Shown here in pieces: positions 27,529 through 41,245 of a stretch of 64,000 nt of DNA (position 1 is its first letter; the number at the start of each line of letters is the position of its first letter). The DNA comes from Octopus vulgaris (Eukaryota). Made by a program: the position numbers and the translations under genes. The DNA lies in NCBI GenBank assembly GCA_951406725.2, contig OX597827.1:47802001-47866000 (forward strand). The letters run 5' to 3'. Under the pieces are notes generated by a model. It was not told where the DNA came from. It did no database searches and saw nothing but the letters and a program-made list of their open reading frames with translations.

Positions 27529-28067
27529 AACGCAGAAAGAAATAAGGACAGAAAATATAGAATATGTAGTGGCTAGCGATCTATCATGGCGAAGGCCGGA
27601 CAGAAGGGTCACACAGGAGCGCTAGGAAGAAGGGGAGATGACAAAGTGGTGGTGATCCCAAAACGAAGGTGCGCGTGCGTGTGTATAAGAGAGTTGTTTG
27701 TGCGTGTGGAAGAGGGCTAGCGATCTTGACGTTTGCGTGTGTGTATGTGTAGGTGTGAAAATGTGGGTCTTGGAATTGGTCAGTGCTGATGTGTGCGTGG
27801 TCGTGTGTTGTGATGTGATGTGTTGTGTGGTACGGCGGTATAAGGTGTAGTGGTGTGTGGTGTGATGTATAGATATATACATATAAATAGGTATATACAT
27901 CAACAAGTAGAATGGATGGCACACGGCTCATTGTTATTATGATAAGAAATAACATATCATCGTGATTTCGATTGGTATACAGATTCACATTGGAAAAATT
28001 ACAAAGTGGTCACTCCCTGGATACATTGTTTCTCATACTTCCACACATTTTAATCAACCGAAATATA

Positions 28068-28460
28068 CTCCTTTCTTCTCTAGGCACAATGCCCGAAATC
28101 TTTGGGGAGGGGGAGAGTCGATTAGATAGACCGCAGTATGCAACTGGTACTTAATTTATCGAATCCGAAAGATGAAACGCAAAGTCGAACTTGGTGGAAT
28201 TCAACTCAGAACGTAAAGGCAAACGAAATACCTATTTCTTTACTACCCACAAGGGGCTAAACACAGAGGGACAAGCAAGGACAGACAAACGGATTAAGTC
28301 GATTACATCGACCCAAGTGTGTAAGTGGTACTTAATTTATCGACCCCGAAAGGATGAAAGGCAAAGTCAACCTCGGCGGAATTTGAACTCAGAACGTAGC
28401 GGCAGAGGAAATACGGCTTCGCATTTCGCCCGGTGTGCTAACGTTTCTGCCAGCTCGCCG
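28068..28460 (-). mobile_element. Two tandem SINE family B copies (full length 28233-28460; headless older copy 28068-28232)
   Basis: Both carry ctggtacttaatttatcga..gatgaaa..aaagtc. Their tails differ. Confidence 0.85.
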
Positions 28461-28906
28461 CTTTCTATCCACCGAAATATCAAATAGTCTATTTCTATAT
28501 ATAAGCACAATCTAAACAGGGAAAGATTCAAAATCACAACGTGTGCGACTTTAAGAAGTGTAAATCCCCTATAGAATAACAGTTCTGTAATTGGATATCC
28601 TGCAAAAACACAAGTTTCTGTATTCCATCAAAGGAAGAAGGGCAGACACAGAAAGTTAAATATACTATTGGCTGTAGCAAATGGAAAACAGCCACGCTCG
28701 TTGTATTATGGTATGATAATCACAAATTCGGGAAAAACTTACAATTCAAGGTATACAAGGTATCGGCGTTTAGGATATTCTTCAAAGATCTAAAACAGGA
28801 AAATGGAAAATGAAATTGTATATTTTATTATGTATTAATAAACCATTTACAAACGATGCGTTGATTTCGAAAATGCATTTGAAATGTGCAAAGAAGTATA
28901 ATAGAA

Positions 28907-29284
28907 CTAGCAGTATCGCCCGGCGTTGCTCAGGTTTGTAAGGGAAATAACTATAAAGCATTTTTAGAGAATTATAGCCAAAAAACAGCAAAAAAATGGA
29001 AAAAAATAATGGTAAATTTTTTTTTTAGTTAAAAAAGGTGGAGTTGCGTCCCCTAGACAGTTTGCGGTTTGTGTTTCTGATTCTCGACCCCATGTCGAAT
29101 TTATCGATTTTTTCAGAACTGGGGGAACTTTTCAAAATTTTCGCTGCGTTTTGAATTATGACATTGGGCTATGTGTGTGTCAAGTTTCATCAGAATCGGT
29201 TGAAAGCCGTGGTCAGGGTGAGGGTACGAGCAAACAGACACACAGAAACACGCACAGACAAACTGCCGTTTATATAGAGAGAGA
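28907..29284 (-). mobile_element. Non-autonomous Helitron (type 1)
   Basis: Near-identical to 19976-20342, with TC and CTAG termini and the hairpin. Confidence 0.85.
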
Positions 29285-29654
29285 TAAAGAGAATTTAAAC
29301 ACGAAATATTACAATTCTATTTCATTTATATAAATTTGTATAATTCAAAACATTCTATGTCTTTCTGTTCATACGACAAATCTCTATTATCAGAAATGTC
29401 GCTCACGCTTAATTACTTCGGATTATTAATTAGACTTCTGTTGGTATTTCTGATTTCTATATAATAAATAAAATGAATTATTTTAAAATGATTGAAGCCT
29501 ATTAATTTGTTTCAGTGAGTGGGTTTTGATAGTGTGTTTGTTTTACTGTACGTGTGTGTGTGTGAGAGAGAGAGTGCGTGCGTACATGTACATATTAACA
29601 AAAAGATTCTCACACACATCTATATGTGTATTTGAATCCATGCACGTGTGTATG

Positions 29655-29711
<57 letters not shown>

Positions 29712-29788
29712 GTATATGTATATATACATATATATGTGCGAGTGTGTGTGTACATATATGTACATGCACACACACACATATATATACA

Positions 29789-29828
<40 letters not shown>

Positions 29829-29829
29829 C

Positions 29830-29891
<62 letters not shown>

Positions 29892-29930
29892 ATATATATA
29901 CATGTTTGTAAATATATATATATATATATA

Positions 29931-30460
29931 TAAATTTATATGAATAAGGATAAGATCGTTATTTAAATATCGAACTTATCAAGTGGCCAGCATGGGAATA
30001 AAAACATTCAAAGGTAATAATTTTTACTACAATTATAATTTAGAATATCTAAGAGGTGCCTCCACGCTGGAAATAACAGCCAAAACTTGACTCTAAAACC
30101 ATATTAAATGTTCATACAGCACCAGTTGTGTATATGTATTTGTATTGTTTATGTGCTGTGTGTATTACGGATTTCTTGCTCTGCCTATTCCTGATGAGGA
30201 AATGCTGTTACTCATCAGTGGAATATACACAGCACATAAATTATACAAATACATATATACAACTGGTGCTGTATGAACATTTAATGTAGTTTTACAGTCA
30301 CGTTTTGGCCGCTACTTCCAGCGTGGAGGTATCTCTTAGATACCCTAATTTATAATTTTAATAATAATTATTACCTTTGAACGTTTTTATTCCCATGCTG
30401 GCCACTTGGTAAGTTCTATATTTAAATAACGATATTTTCCTTATTTATATAAATTTATAT
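29931..30460. repeat. ~530-bp foldback (inverted PLE pseudo-LTR-like arms) with a broken hammerhead at the centre
   Basis: Arms ~29931-30166 and ~30222-30460 are reverse complements, e.g. aagtggccagcatgggaataaaaac vs gtttttattcccatgctggccactt. The centre contains ctgatgag/ctcatcag. Confidence 0.9.
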
Positions 30461-30624
30461 ATTTATTTCGTTATTATATACACCGCGGTAATATTTTATC
30501 GCACGGAGTCCTAGACGCGCAATTTAAATTGGTCTTGTGCATACGTGAATATATATGTATGTATTCGTCCTTATATGTAAGTATTCGTATGTTGTCTATA
30601 TGTATTTGTATTTATGTGCTTTGT

Positions 30625-30684
30625 ATATTCTACTGATGAGGCAAAGCATTTCTTATGCAGAACCAGAAATCCGAGATCTGGAAT
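30625..30684 (+). ncRNA. Type I hammerhead ribozyme motif (minimal PLE type)
   Basis: ATTCTA-CTGATGA-g..GCAT ttctt ATGC..ca-GAAA-TC cga GA-TC-TGGAAT. Stem I is 6 bp with one G-U, the triplet is AUC and stem II is eroded. Confidence 0.65.
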
Positions 30685-31586
30685 TATCCAGTAATTGTTT
30701 TGCTAGTTTATTTTATTGTTTTGTCTTCTATCCTGTACGACGTATATATGTATATATATATACGTCGTATATATATATATATATATATATATATACCAGA
30801 GTAAGCATATAACTGTGAAACAAGGTGGGAATATAGTACACAAATACCGAAGGTAGAGTAATATACCTTATTAATAAAATTGCAAAACACCACAAAACTG
30901 TCACTCAGAATTTCACGTTCCCTTTCGTCTGACAGTTCTTTGACTGTATACATATATAATAAACACACACACATAATTAACTGCAATTTCACATTGTACA
31001 TCCTGCTTCTTATGCACCCACATTAAATCACGGGAGGTGAAATCAGAAGTTCCATTAATCTGATATTTCTATGTTTGTCTCTAACACTGGTACTGAGTTC
31101 TTTTCTTTTTTTATGAAAGTTATATAAACTTTTGACCTACCGCAATAAAATTGGGCATGACTCTATTTTGTTCAATTAATTTGCTTGCATGTCTATTCTC
31201 CTAACTACAAGATTATTTGCAATTATTTGCAGATTATACTTACGAAGGAACAAATGCGTTCATTCTACGAACAAATGAGTTCATTCTACTTTTATTTCCA
31301 TCAATATAGAAAATAGAAATCTTAATAAATGAATGATTTTGATATGTAAATGAGATGAAGGTTTAATAAGAATTCTGAATTAACAGTATTATGATGAATA
31401 ACTATATTCTCCTTGAACTTATTAAATTATTTATGCATGAAATATGATCCCTCTAGTTTTACCTTGAATTTATTAGAAGTATTATTATGAAGAATATCTT
31501 GCTGAAGAATATAATTATCCAAGAATATATTTTAACCCTTTCATTAGAAATTAGGCGTACACAAGGAAATATCCTCTGAAAGGCAT

Positions 31587-31806
31587 TTAACCCTTTCGAA
31601 ACCAATCCGGCTGAATCTGTCTCTGGCTCTCTAGTACAAAGGTTTTGTTTTCATAGATTTTGAATTAAATTCCTCCACCAAACTTTAATCACAATTTATG
31701 TTCTTAACACTAGTTTAAGTTATTTTACTAACTTCTTTGTTATATTCAAAATTAACTGGAAGGAACACAGAGCATTTCAAAATAGATACGGTTACGAAAG
31801 AGGTAA
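31587..31806. mobile_element. piggyBac-type MITE
   Basis: TTAA-ccctttcgaaacc at the left end; degenerate reverse complement ggttacgaaagagg-taa at the right end. Confidence 0.55.
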
Positions 31807-32771
31807 TTGTCGAAAGAGTATGTAATGACTGATACACATAACTATATTTTTCTAATAGCTTTATAAAGAACTAGAAATGCAATTGTAACACTCTACAGAT
31901 ACTTTCAATTTTAAATATACAGTAAAATATTACACTGATGGATTCAAGATTATTGAACTAAATAAAATCATTTGAGATTGTTGAGTAATCCCTTATCATC
32001 CTAAAAGTTAATGCAAACTAGGACGACCCTGTACAAATATGTTAATGAAAATATCATTAATAATAATCATTAATGGTATCCAGAATCCCTCTACGTTATC
32101 AATTTATAACAGAAATACATGTTATAACAAAAGCTTACCGGTAGTTAATAGAGATGCCTAAACAAAAAGGAACATAATTTGATGTTTAAAAAATTAAATA
32201 TTCATCATTCAGAGTTAATATATATTCTTCATTTATTAAAAAAAGACTAACACTTGTCTTCAAGGGATAGACAACAATGTATGTTTCGATGTATTAGGCC
32301 GTATAGCGTATCTCATTCTGTCCGATGTATTCAAAAATATTTTGACAGAGAGAACAATAAAAAGAAATAAGAGAAGCAAATAATATTTAGCTTAAAATTT
32401 CTATCTGTAAAATATGAATAACTGCGGAAATGATAAGTGATAACGGAAAAGGCATAAATTGGCTATTTGCATCAATTTATATGAATAAGATAAGGGTGAT
32501 ATTCTGAATGATATACGAAAATAATTTCCCTTAGTTGCTGAGTCTGAGTGATTTACATTCCCAAATAATCCACATTGGTAAAGACGTTTGATTTTTGCAT
32601 ATCGCATCGATAAAGACATACATATATTTTGTATGACATAAATCTGCTACTTTTCTGCTAGCATATGGATGCAAAATAACAACCCAGATTGGTAGATGCA
32701 TGGTGACCAGAAATTCAGCAGAGACTTCGGAACCACTCGGTATAAATACATACATACATACATGCATACAT

Positions 32772-32883
<112 letters not shown>

Positions 32884-33713
32884 GTATGTATGTATGTATG
32901 TATATATGTATTTATATGTACACATATAATGTTCTGTTCCGCGAGGGTAAGATAAATAAAGTACGCCTTGTGAGAAATAAATATTGTTTAATAGATACAT
33001 GTTTGTATGTGCTTCTAATAGTTTCTTATGTCGAGAAATACCTGAATGTTATTCACCAGACATGAACCACATATCATAAAAATCTAAAAATTGCTTCAGA
33101 GAAGCATCGAGAAAAGTTGAGAAAGAAGCAGATAGAAAACGTGGAAGGTTAAAAAACGGAAAACGAAAATTAAGAAAGTGCAAAAGCTATATATATATAT
33201 ATATATAACGTGTGTGTATGTGTGTTTGTGTATATATACAAGATCTATACACACACGCATGAATATACATATAGAAATTGCCTTATATTTTCATATTTAT
33301 TGTAGTATCATCTTTTCATTTGGTAGTTTCGAATGTTATTTCCATATGTATTTAATGAACCATTAATTTTCTAATAGGGTGAGTCAGAGGGCTGTGGTTT
33401 CATAAGTAACATTGTGATTACATACGGAGAAACATTAGAGACACTGTAGGAGAGTAATCATAGCATTCACCGTTGGAAATACATTTCCTGTACGTTTCCG
33501 ACACTTTGATAAATTTAGGATAGCATTTTTCAAAATAATTGGAACAAAATATAGAATGGCATTCCCCTCATTTGTTAAAATAGTCAGTAATTGGCGGCAT
33601 TTCCAATAGTGATAAAAATGAATAAATATACATAACACAATAGAAAACATATAGAAACAGTCATATGCGATTACTCACACGTATTCAGTTTTATTCGTAC
33701 ATATTAGCACCAA

Positions 33714-33744
<31 letters not shown>

Positions 33745-34952
33745 AGATATCTGAATGTATTTAGAACACACACGGGGCGACGAGCATATACAGGGAGAGA
33801 CTATTAATAGCGGGTTTAGAACGGCGGTTGCTACGAATTATTTACGCAACTTGGAGGCCCAATGTTTAAAGAAGTACGAGTGAAGTATTTTTATACGTTT
33901 GGCCGTTTCACAATCAACAAAAGAAACATAGATTAGGCAACAATTGATATACCCACACATACAAACACAAGCACACACACACAGGCATAATAAATAAGTA
34001 TACATACATATATATATATATATAATAATTATTAGGCCAACTTTAATAATATAGAGTGTTTGTTATGGTCAAAAATGAAACAGCACAACCAAATGGTAAA
34101 TGAATTAACTAATAATCTAACAATTATATTGTCAATTGTCCACGGTCTGTCTGTATGAAGAAATACACGCTCACAATGATAGCAGATTGTTAGAAATAAA
34201 ACCACGCTTTACTGTTTGTATTTTTAATTGTATTGGCGAGGTAACACGACGTTGTACTTCGCTTTACATTACAACAGAGAGTGAATTTGTTTCTCTATGA
34301 AATAGATAACAAATTTTATTTGCAGTGCATTTCATTCTTTGGCTTTAAGTGTTGCGTGTCTATGTCTGTAGGGTTGAAAATGTTTGTCGAAGTTTTACTG
34401 AACTTATTTGTTCGATGTGAATGTCGATTCTAAATATTAATTGCTTGAACTTTTACAATTCTTCAAACACCAGACCATCTTATTTTGCGGTCTTTTATTG
34501 TGTTTGCAGCGTGATTTTATCAATTACTTGATTTCCAGCTTCTTCGTATGTGTACTGTTGATAAAACTTCACAATGTCGTGATCAACGAAATCTTCTGAT
34601 TAAGATCCAAACAAGTCACGTACATCTGTATCTTCTATTTAACCGAAACCAACCAATCACTCGTCCAATTATTACCAATTCTTCATAATTTTTTCCTATT
34701 GACGAAGGTCAGCGAAGCAGTTATCACGACTTGTTTCATCAACATTGGATATTGACGGGAAAAAAAGAACTCGTTTGTTGATTACATCTTCTAAATATCG
34801 TGGTTGCATTTTTAAATACATTTTTCTTTACACTTCTAAACTCTCATATAATTCTTGACCGTATTATAAAATTCTCTTGGTCAACAGTAATGATTTCTCC
34901 CGAAGAACTGTAATTCTTTATTTGCATTTTTCTTTATATGCAAAGAAAATCT

Positions 34953-35450
34953 TTTTACTTGTTTCAGTCATTTGACACCAGCCATGCTGGAGCACCGCCT
35001 TCAGTCGAGCAAATCGACCCCAGGACTTAGTCTTCGAAAGCCTAGTGCTTATTCTATCGGACTCTTTTGCCGAACCGCTAGTTTCCGGGATGTAAACACA
35101 CCAGCATCGGTTGTCAAGCAATGTTGGAGCCACAGACACACATACACGCGAACACGCACACACACACACACTCACACTCACACACATATATCTATATATA
35201 TATCTATATATCTATCTATATATATACATATACGTATATACGACGGGCTTCTTTTCAGTTTCCGTCTATCAAATCCACTCACAAGGCTTTGATCGACCCA
35301 AGGCTATAGAGGACACTTGCCCAAGGTGCCATGCAGTGCGACTGAACTCGGAGTGACGTGGTTGCTATGCAAGCTACTTACCACACAGCCACTCTTGCGC
35401 CTATTTACCACACAGCCACTCTTGAGCCTATTTACCACACAGCCACTCCT
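34953..35450 (-). mobile_element. SINE family A, full length, with triplicated 5' end
   Basis: Family A body; ttaccacacagccactc occurs three times at ~27-bp spacing in 35378-35450. Confidence 0.9.
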
Positions 35451-35739
35451 TTATAACGCTCTTCCAATTATTCAAAGAATAATTCAGTTTAGAATATATC
35501 TGTTATTGTTTCCATATCTTGTGCGTTACCATTTCCCTTGTAGTCATGTAATATTAGAATTAGCTTCGCCAAGAAACAGTTTGGCATTGTTTCAGAACGC
35601 ATTTGAATTAAAAAGTGAGTCGTTATGAGAGAACAGAATGATTAACAACTTGCATAATTATAGGAACGCCACGCGTTGGTTTTTATCTAGTAAGTGCTTT
35701 GAAGATAAAGAAAGAATGACTGAAAATACAGATGATATA

Positions 35740-36256
35740 TCTATATATATAAAACTGTAGTTGTGTGTGTGTCTGTCTCCTACGATTTAGATTCCTAACT
35801 CCTCCCACATTTTGCGGTGCAGTTTAACCAAAACCGGGTATCTTATAGTCGTGATTCATATCGAGCCCGTCTGGCTATTAGCGCGCGTATACGATGAGTC
35901 TACGATTTTAAAAATAGTTTAACATCATTTTTTATTCCATTTTAATGCATAATTTTTCGTGTGTCGATGGCAGCGGAGTTGGCGTCCACGCTCAAACACT
36001 TGCACCTGTGTTTGCTTCTCCCCCTTCTTCCCTCCCTCGTGAAGCTGTGGGGAAGGGAGTTTAAGGAAATCAACGTTGTAATGCGTTCTCAAGGAGACCA
36101 GCGTTCTTTTAGAACAACGACTTCATGGCTTGAAGACACCAAAACAGAAATGGCTAAGAAAGCCCGAATTGGCATCTATAAAGGAAGTAACTCTCTAAAA
36201 ATGCTTATATAGTTATTTCCCTTACAAACCCGAGCAACACCGGGCGATACTGCTAG
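35740..36256 (+). mobile_element. Non-autonomous Helitron (type 2), first unit of tandem
   Basis: A|TCtatatatataaaactg..gtctgtctcc..cccgagcaacaccgggcgatactg-CTAG. Confidence 0.85.
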
Positions 36257-36652
36257 TTTATATATAAAAGTGAGGTTGTGTGCTGTCTGTCTCCTACGAT
36301 TTAGATTCCTAAACTACTCCCACATTTTGCGGTGCAGTTTAACCAAAACCGGGTATCTTATAGTCGTGATTCATATCGAGCCCTTCTGGGTATTAGCGCG
36401 CGTCTACAATGAGTCTACGATTTAAAAAAAAAATTACCATCAATTTTTTCCATTTTTAATGCCTTTTTGGCATATATAAGGGAAGTAACTCTCTAAAAAT
36501 TTATTATTAAATCTCAGAACGTAAAAAGCTACAGTAACACCCCCCACTTTGTGGTTAGCCATGTTGAGATGTCTATTATACTTTACATCTCTAAAAATGC
36601 TTATATAGTTATCTCCCTTACAAACCCGAGCAACGCCGGACGATACTGCTAG
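36257..36652 (+). mobile_element. Non-autonomous Helitron (type 2), second unit of tandem
   Basis: Starts directly after the first CTAG, shares its 5' ~190 bp and 3' ~65 bp, and ends cccgagcaacgccggacgatactg-CTAG|T. Confidence 0.85.
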
Positions 36653-38730
36653 TATATTATAATATATGACAGGACATAAAAATAAATATACTCGTGCGTA
36701 AGGCATGAAAACTAGCATGAAAATATCGCACTAAGTCTCAAAAGCTGGAGATATTTTTGTTTTGGTTAGCATCATATTGCAGTGGCGTTAAGATTTGTAT
36801 AATTATGTAATCCCTTAATTACCTCTCAATACAGCTTTGAATGTCCAACTATTACATATAGAGTTATAGGAACAATTGATTATGAGAAGTTTTGATCAAA
36901 TACATTTATGAATTTCATAAGTAAAACCTTTATGAATTTGGGAGATGGAAAGTGTGCGGCAGCTCGTACTGTGTATATATGTGTGTGAATGCGTGTATGT
37001 ACACGTGCGTGCCTGTGTCTGTGTTTGTCATCTCATCACCTGACAAACTTGTTTTAACTTGTTTACGTGTGAGTTACTCAGCGCTTCTGTAAAAAGAGTT
37101 AGAGAGAATAAATAGTGAACTTCAACGAATAAGTACTAAGGCAATTTGGTCTTCTTCAAGGCCGAGCTCGGCATAGCCGCAGTCCAATGTTTGAATCGAA
37201 TACATGAATGTACATGAACGAAATGCATCCCCAGGTTCGTGGCATAGATTATAAAGACCACGTGAATGATCCTCACAGTTATCGAGTGCAGGCCAACCCA
37301 TCTAAATGTGAGGATATGGGATTCCGAAGGGTAAGTGTATTTTCGTCACTAGTGAAACTCCGAATTCCTGCCTAGTATATCAGAAGTCTACATTTTTGAA
37401 GCATAATAAACAATCTGATTTCATATATACTTGTTCCAATGCACCATAGTTATAACAAGTAAGATTTTAATGATTTTCTATCATTCTATTCAAGAATGTT
37501 CCAGATTACTGTAACCAAGTCGCTTTTATGTAAATTGTTCGATAAAAATAGGAAATCTACTATCATTTCACAATCAATTATGTCGAAATATTTTTGCTTG
37601 TTTAAAGTGTTTAGTTTATTTTAGTACAATATTTTAAGCAGATATCATCGACCTTTCCTCAAAGGGACGTACAATATTTTAATGGTGGCTCTTCAAGAAT
37701 ATTTATCGTTGTTTGATCACAGCTGTGCTGTAGTTGCTTCTGTAAGAGAAGCGGCCTACGACACTTGGAAATTTTCACCCCTTCCTCATAACTGGCTTAC
37801 ATTCTCCCAGCAGCGAAATCCCTTCTTTAAAGTCAAGGATTGTCACTATACTGACAAAGCTCTTTCATGTCTCATTTTACCCTAGATAATAACTCGATAT
37901 TTATGAAAACGCTTCAATGTGTTCCACTCCAAAGAAAGCTAATTTCTCTGACCCAGTCATATATCATCTTACTACATTCACCTCTAGCATCACTTAAGCA
38001 ATGGTAATATATTTATTAATAAAGATATTCTCTTACAACTTAAATCGCTTCCTTCCTTTCTGTATGACCTCCGCAGGGCTAGATCCACTGGACACCTACC
38101 CTCTTGTGTTGCTCATCAGTCTGCTCTCAGTTTATAAATATTCGGTGAAAGCAATGTTGTCCTATTCATTAGCATGTCCTACAGTTCTGTGAATATTTTC
38201 ATTCATCTTTTGGATTGTCAGCGTTGTAATAGCTGGCATCAACGTGAATGTGATGACGGAACTTTTCCCACCCTAATCTCAATTTTAGTGTCCCCATCCT
38301 CTTCCTTCTGAACCTCAACGCTCTACGAGATATATCAAACAACACCCGCTTTCATGCAGATAATACGGACCTTCAAACGTCCACAATATTCCCCCGACCT
38401 TTCATAATATATGTCATTTAATTATGGCTTATTACTTGTACATACAAAGCTATTATTTCTGGGTAGCTTTTCCACAATATAAACAATTATCAAAAGATTT
38501 TATTTAATGAAACCTTCCTTGTTATTCTTCAGCACATCCATCTTTTTTATGTACGTGGTGATCAATAATTGAATATTACGCTCACAGGAACCATTTGCAA
38601 AATGTATTTCTGTCTTCCCCGAAATGAATTTTTCATGTAAATAAATATATCTCATATTATAGGAGATAAAACTTTGTAAGCTATATAAAGACAGCTTATG
38701 GGCTGTAGGATTTATGGTTTACTCTATGTA

Positions 38731-40005
38731 CGAGGTGGTATCAAAAAGTACTAGGACTAGTTCTGTAGCATACCAACAGATAACAGCACTCGTTTGCTTG
38801 CATAATGAGAGGCAACAGTGACCTTCATGAGGCAGTGTATCAATCGATATTGCAGTGTTTCTTTTGCAAGTTGTGGAATTTGTGTTTTTGTGATCACATA
38901 TATATATATATAGCAGTCTGAGAGTTTTGTCGTGAAGAGGAAGTTGGAGAAAAGCTCCAACGTGAAATTTTGCGTTAAATTAAGAAAGTCCGCAGCAAAG
39001 CCATAGGACAAGCTTCAGACCGTTTACGGTGACGAGATAATCGGTGGTAAACAATGTTTCGTGTAGCACAGGTGCTTCAAAAAGCACGACAGAGCTGCAG
39101 CTCAGTGAAGAGTATGCTCATTTTCTTTTGAACATCCGCAGTATTGAGTATCGGGAATGAAACCCTCAATGCCAGACTGTCAATCGCGAGGTCAATGGGG
39201 CATTTTGAGTCGTTTGAGGGAGGAAGATATGCGACGAAAACAACCAGATCAGTTTAAAAAATTGGATTCTTCATGATGATAAGGCACCCTGTCACAGAGT
39301 TCTCTTCACTCGTGAGTTTCTCACCAAAGACACCACGGTATCACTCTGCACCCGCGCTATTGGCCAGATTTAGTACCTGTTGACTTCTATCTCCTCCTTA
39401 AGATCAATATGCATTTCAAAGGTCGCCGTTTTAGCACCGTTGTCGAGATCCAGATTGAATTGCAGAAGGTTCTCGACTTGCTTACAGATACCGACTTCTA
39501 GGTCAGATTCCAAAAGTGGCTGAGACCAGTGTATATCTCTGAAAGATGACTATTTCGAAGTAGATACTATCAAAACTTAGGTAAGTAACAAATATTTTTT
39601 AAATATAATATAACTTACCAGCCACATGGTTCTGGGTTCATTCCCACTGCGTGGCAGCTTGGGCAAGTGTCTTCTACTATAGCCTCGGGCCGACCAAAGC
39701 CTTGTGAGTGAATTTGATACACGGAAACTGAAAGAAGCCCGTCGTATATATGTATATATATATATGTGTGTGTGTGTGTTTGTGTGTCTGTGTTTGTCCC
39801 CCTCTAACATCGCTTGATAGCCGATGCTGGTGTGTTTACGTCCCCGTAACTTGGCGGTTCGGCAAAAGAGATCGATAGAATAAGTACTAGGCTAGGCTTC
39901 CAAAGAATTTGCTCGACGACAGGTGGTGATCCAGCATGGCCGCAGTCAAATGACTGAAACAAGTCAAAGAGTCAATGAGTCCGGGAATCTTTTCATACCA
40001 CCTCG
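38731..40005 (+). mobile_element. Internally deleted mariner with both TIRs and TA TSD, interrupted by a SINE
   Basis: TA|cgaggtggtatcaaaaag ... cttttcataccacctcg|TA. Remnant peptides NVKFCVKLRKSA, WILHDDKAPCH and HPRYWPDLVPVDFYL. Confidence 0.88.
39613..39975 (+). mobile_element. SINE family A nested in the mariner
   Basis: cttaccagccacatggttctgggttcattccc..ctgaaacaagt; slightly 5'-truncated. Confidence 0.9.
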
Positions 40006-41141
40006 TATATATCAGAGATTAAGGTGTTTCCATTCAATTTGGTCTACCATAACATTTTTGATTCTTTCAGTAAGTTATCAAAAGTTTTTACTAGTAAATA
40101 TCTGTGTACTTGCTTGGTATTTGAATCAGATGTCTGGCATTTTATCATCTGTCGGTGCTTTCAAGCATTTCTATTTTCTGTAATGTCTGGTTTACGTCTT
40201 GAACTGATATGGCTTCCACCGACTGTTCATATGTTACGCTCGTATTTTGATCAATTTGTCTGCAGCGATATCTATAATGTCCATAAACTCCTCGTCCACA
40301 ATTCGTCTACTTGCTATTGATACTGTATTGATTTTTTATTTTACCAAGGTATTGATAAAATAGTTTTGTATTGGGGTCCAACTCTTTTTTGTTCAAAGAT
40401 CGTTATCACTTTTCATACCACCAAATTCTTGTTGATTTAGTTGAAACCTCTTGTTTCAATCAGTCTTTGATTTCGACCCCGTCGTCGGCTTTTGTTTTAT
40501 TATACTATATATGTATCATTTCACTCAGTATGTTGTTTTTCAATTGTCTTTATTGGTTTCAATGAGGTTGAAGAATCTAGTCTTTTATATATTTTATTCT
40601 CTGATTTCAGCCTCGTTGGTTTGTTTGGGTTTTTAGTGTTCCTATACGAGTAAATCAGAAACAATATCGACTTTCCTTTGTTAATATTATGGCTGCTGCA
40701 TACAATATTTCGTTTTTCTTCTTTTTTCCTTTCCAAACGATACTGAACTTTGTGTCTGTTTTCACTATGTCTGCTTCCAGTTTATTTGTCACGCTATTAT
40801 TTCAACGTTGTTTTATATCACTGAGAGGCGCATTCGTTGGTGCTACACCCTTCAATATCTTAAGAATGTTTATCTTGAGTATATTGCGATATTCATAATT
40901 CCTGTCTTTATAATTTTCAATTCCAAATACTTCTCATACACCCTTCAAATGATATTTCCGTTCTTCTGTCTGACTTTTTGTCAGTTTGTATTCTATAGGT
41001 TACCAAGTGTTTTGTAACTCACTTGACTTTTTTGTTCTCGTGTCAAGTCTATATTCATTATTTAGGTTCTCTATTGATTATAGTTGAGTTCATTTTTTCG
41101 TACTTTTCATATATGCTCTTTCTTTTGGATATATATGTTTG

Positions 41142-41174
<33 letters not shown>

Positions 41175-41189
41175 ATGTGTGTTTCTATA

Positions 41190-41245
<56 letters not shown>

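Larger units (their letters stand above)
26963..27583 (-). repeat. Tandem PLE pseudo-LTR-like repeats (3 units separated by microsatellites)
   Basis: Unit gga(g)aattcac..gacga..caggtggtgtag..gatgtatt..agcgatct at 26963-27146, 27257-27322 (partial) and 27402-27583. The two long units carry an HHR-like motif. Confidence 0.75.

Noticed and set aside
26963-27583. CRISPR-like repeat-spacer array
   Set aside because: Eukaryotic context, units of 65-180 bp, spacers are microsatellites, and there are no cas genes.
40010-41100. Penelope RT/GIY-YIG remnant on the minus strand
   Set aside because: Composition is suggestive, but no diagnostic motif could be read with confidence. It needs a translated HMM search.
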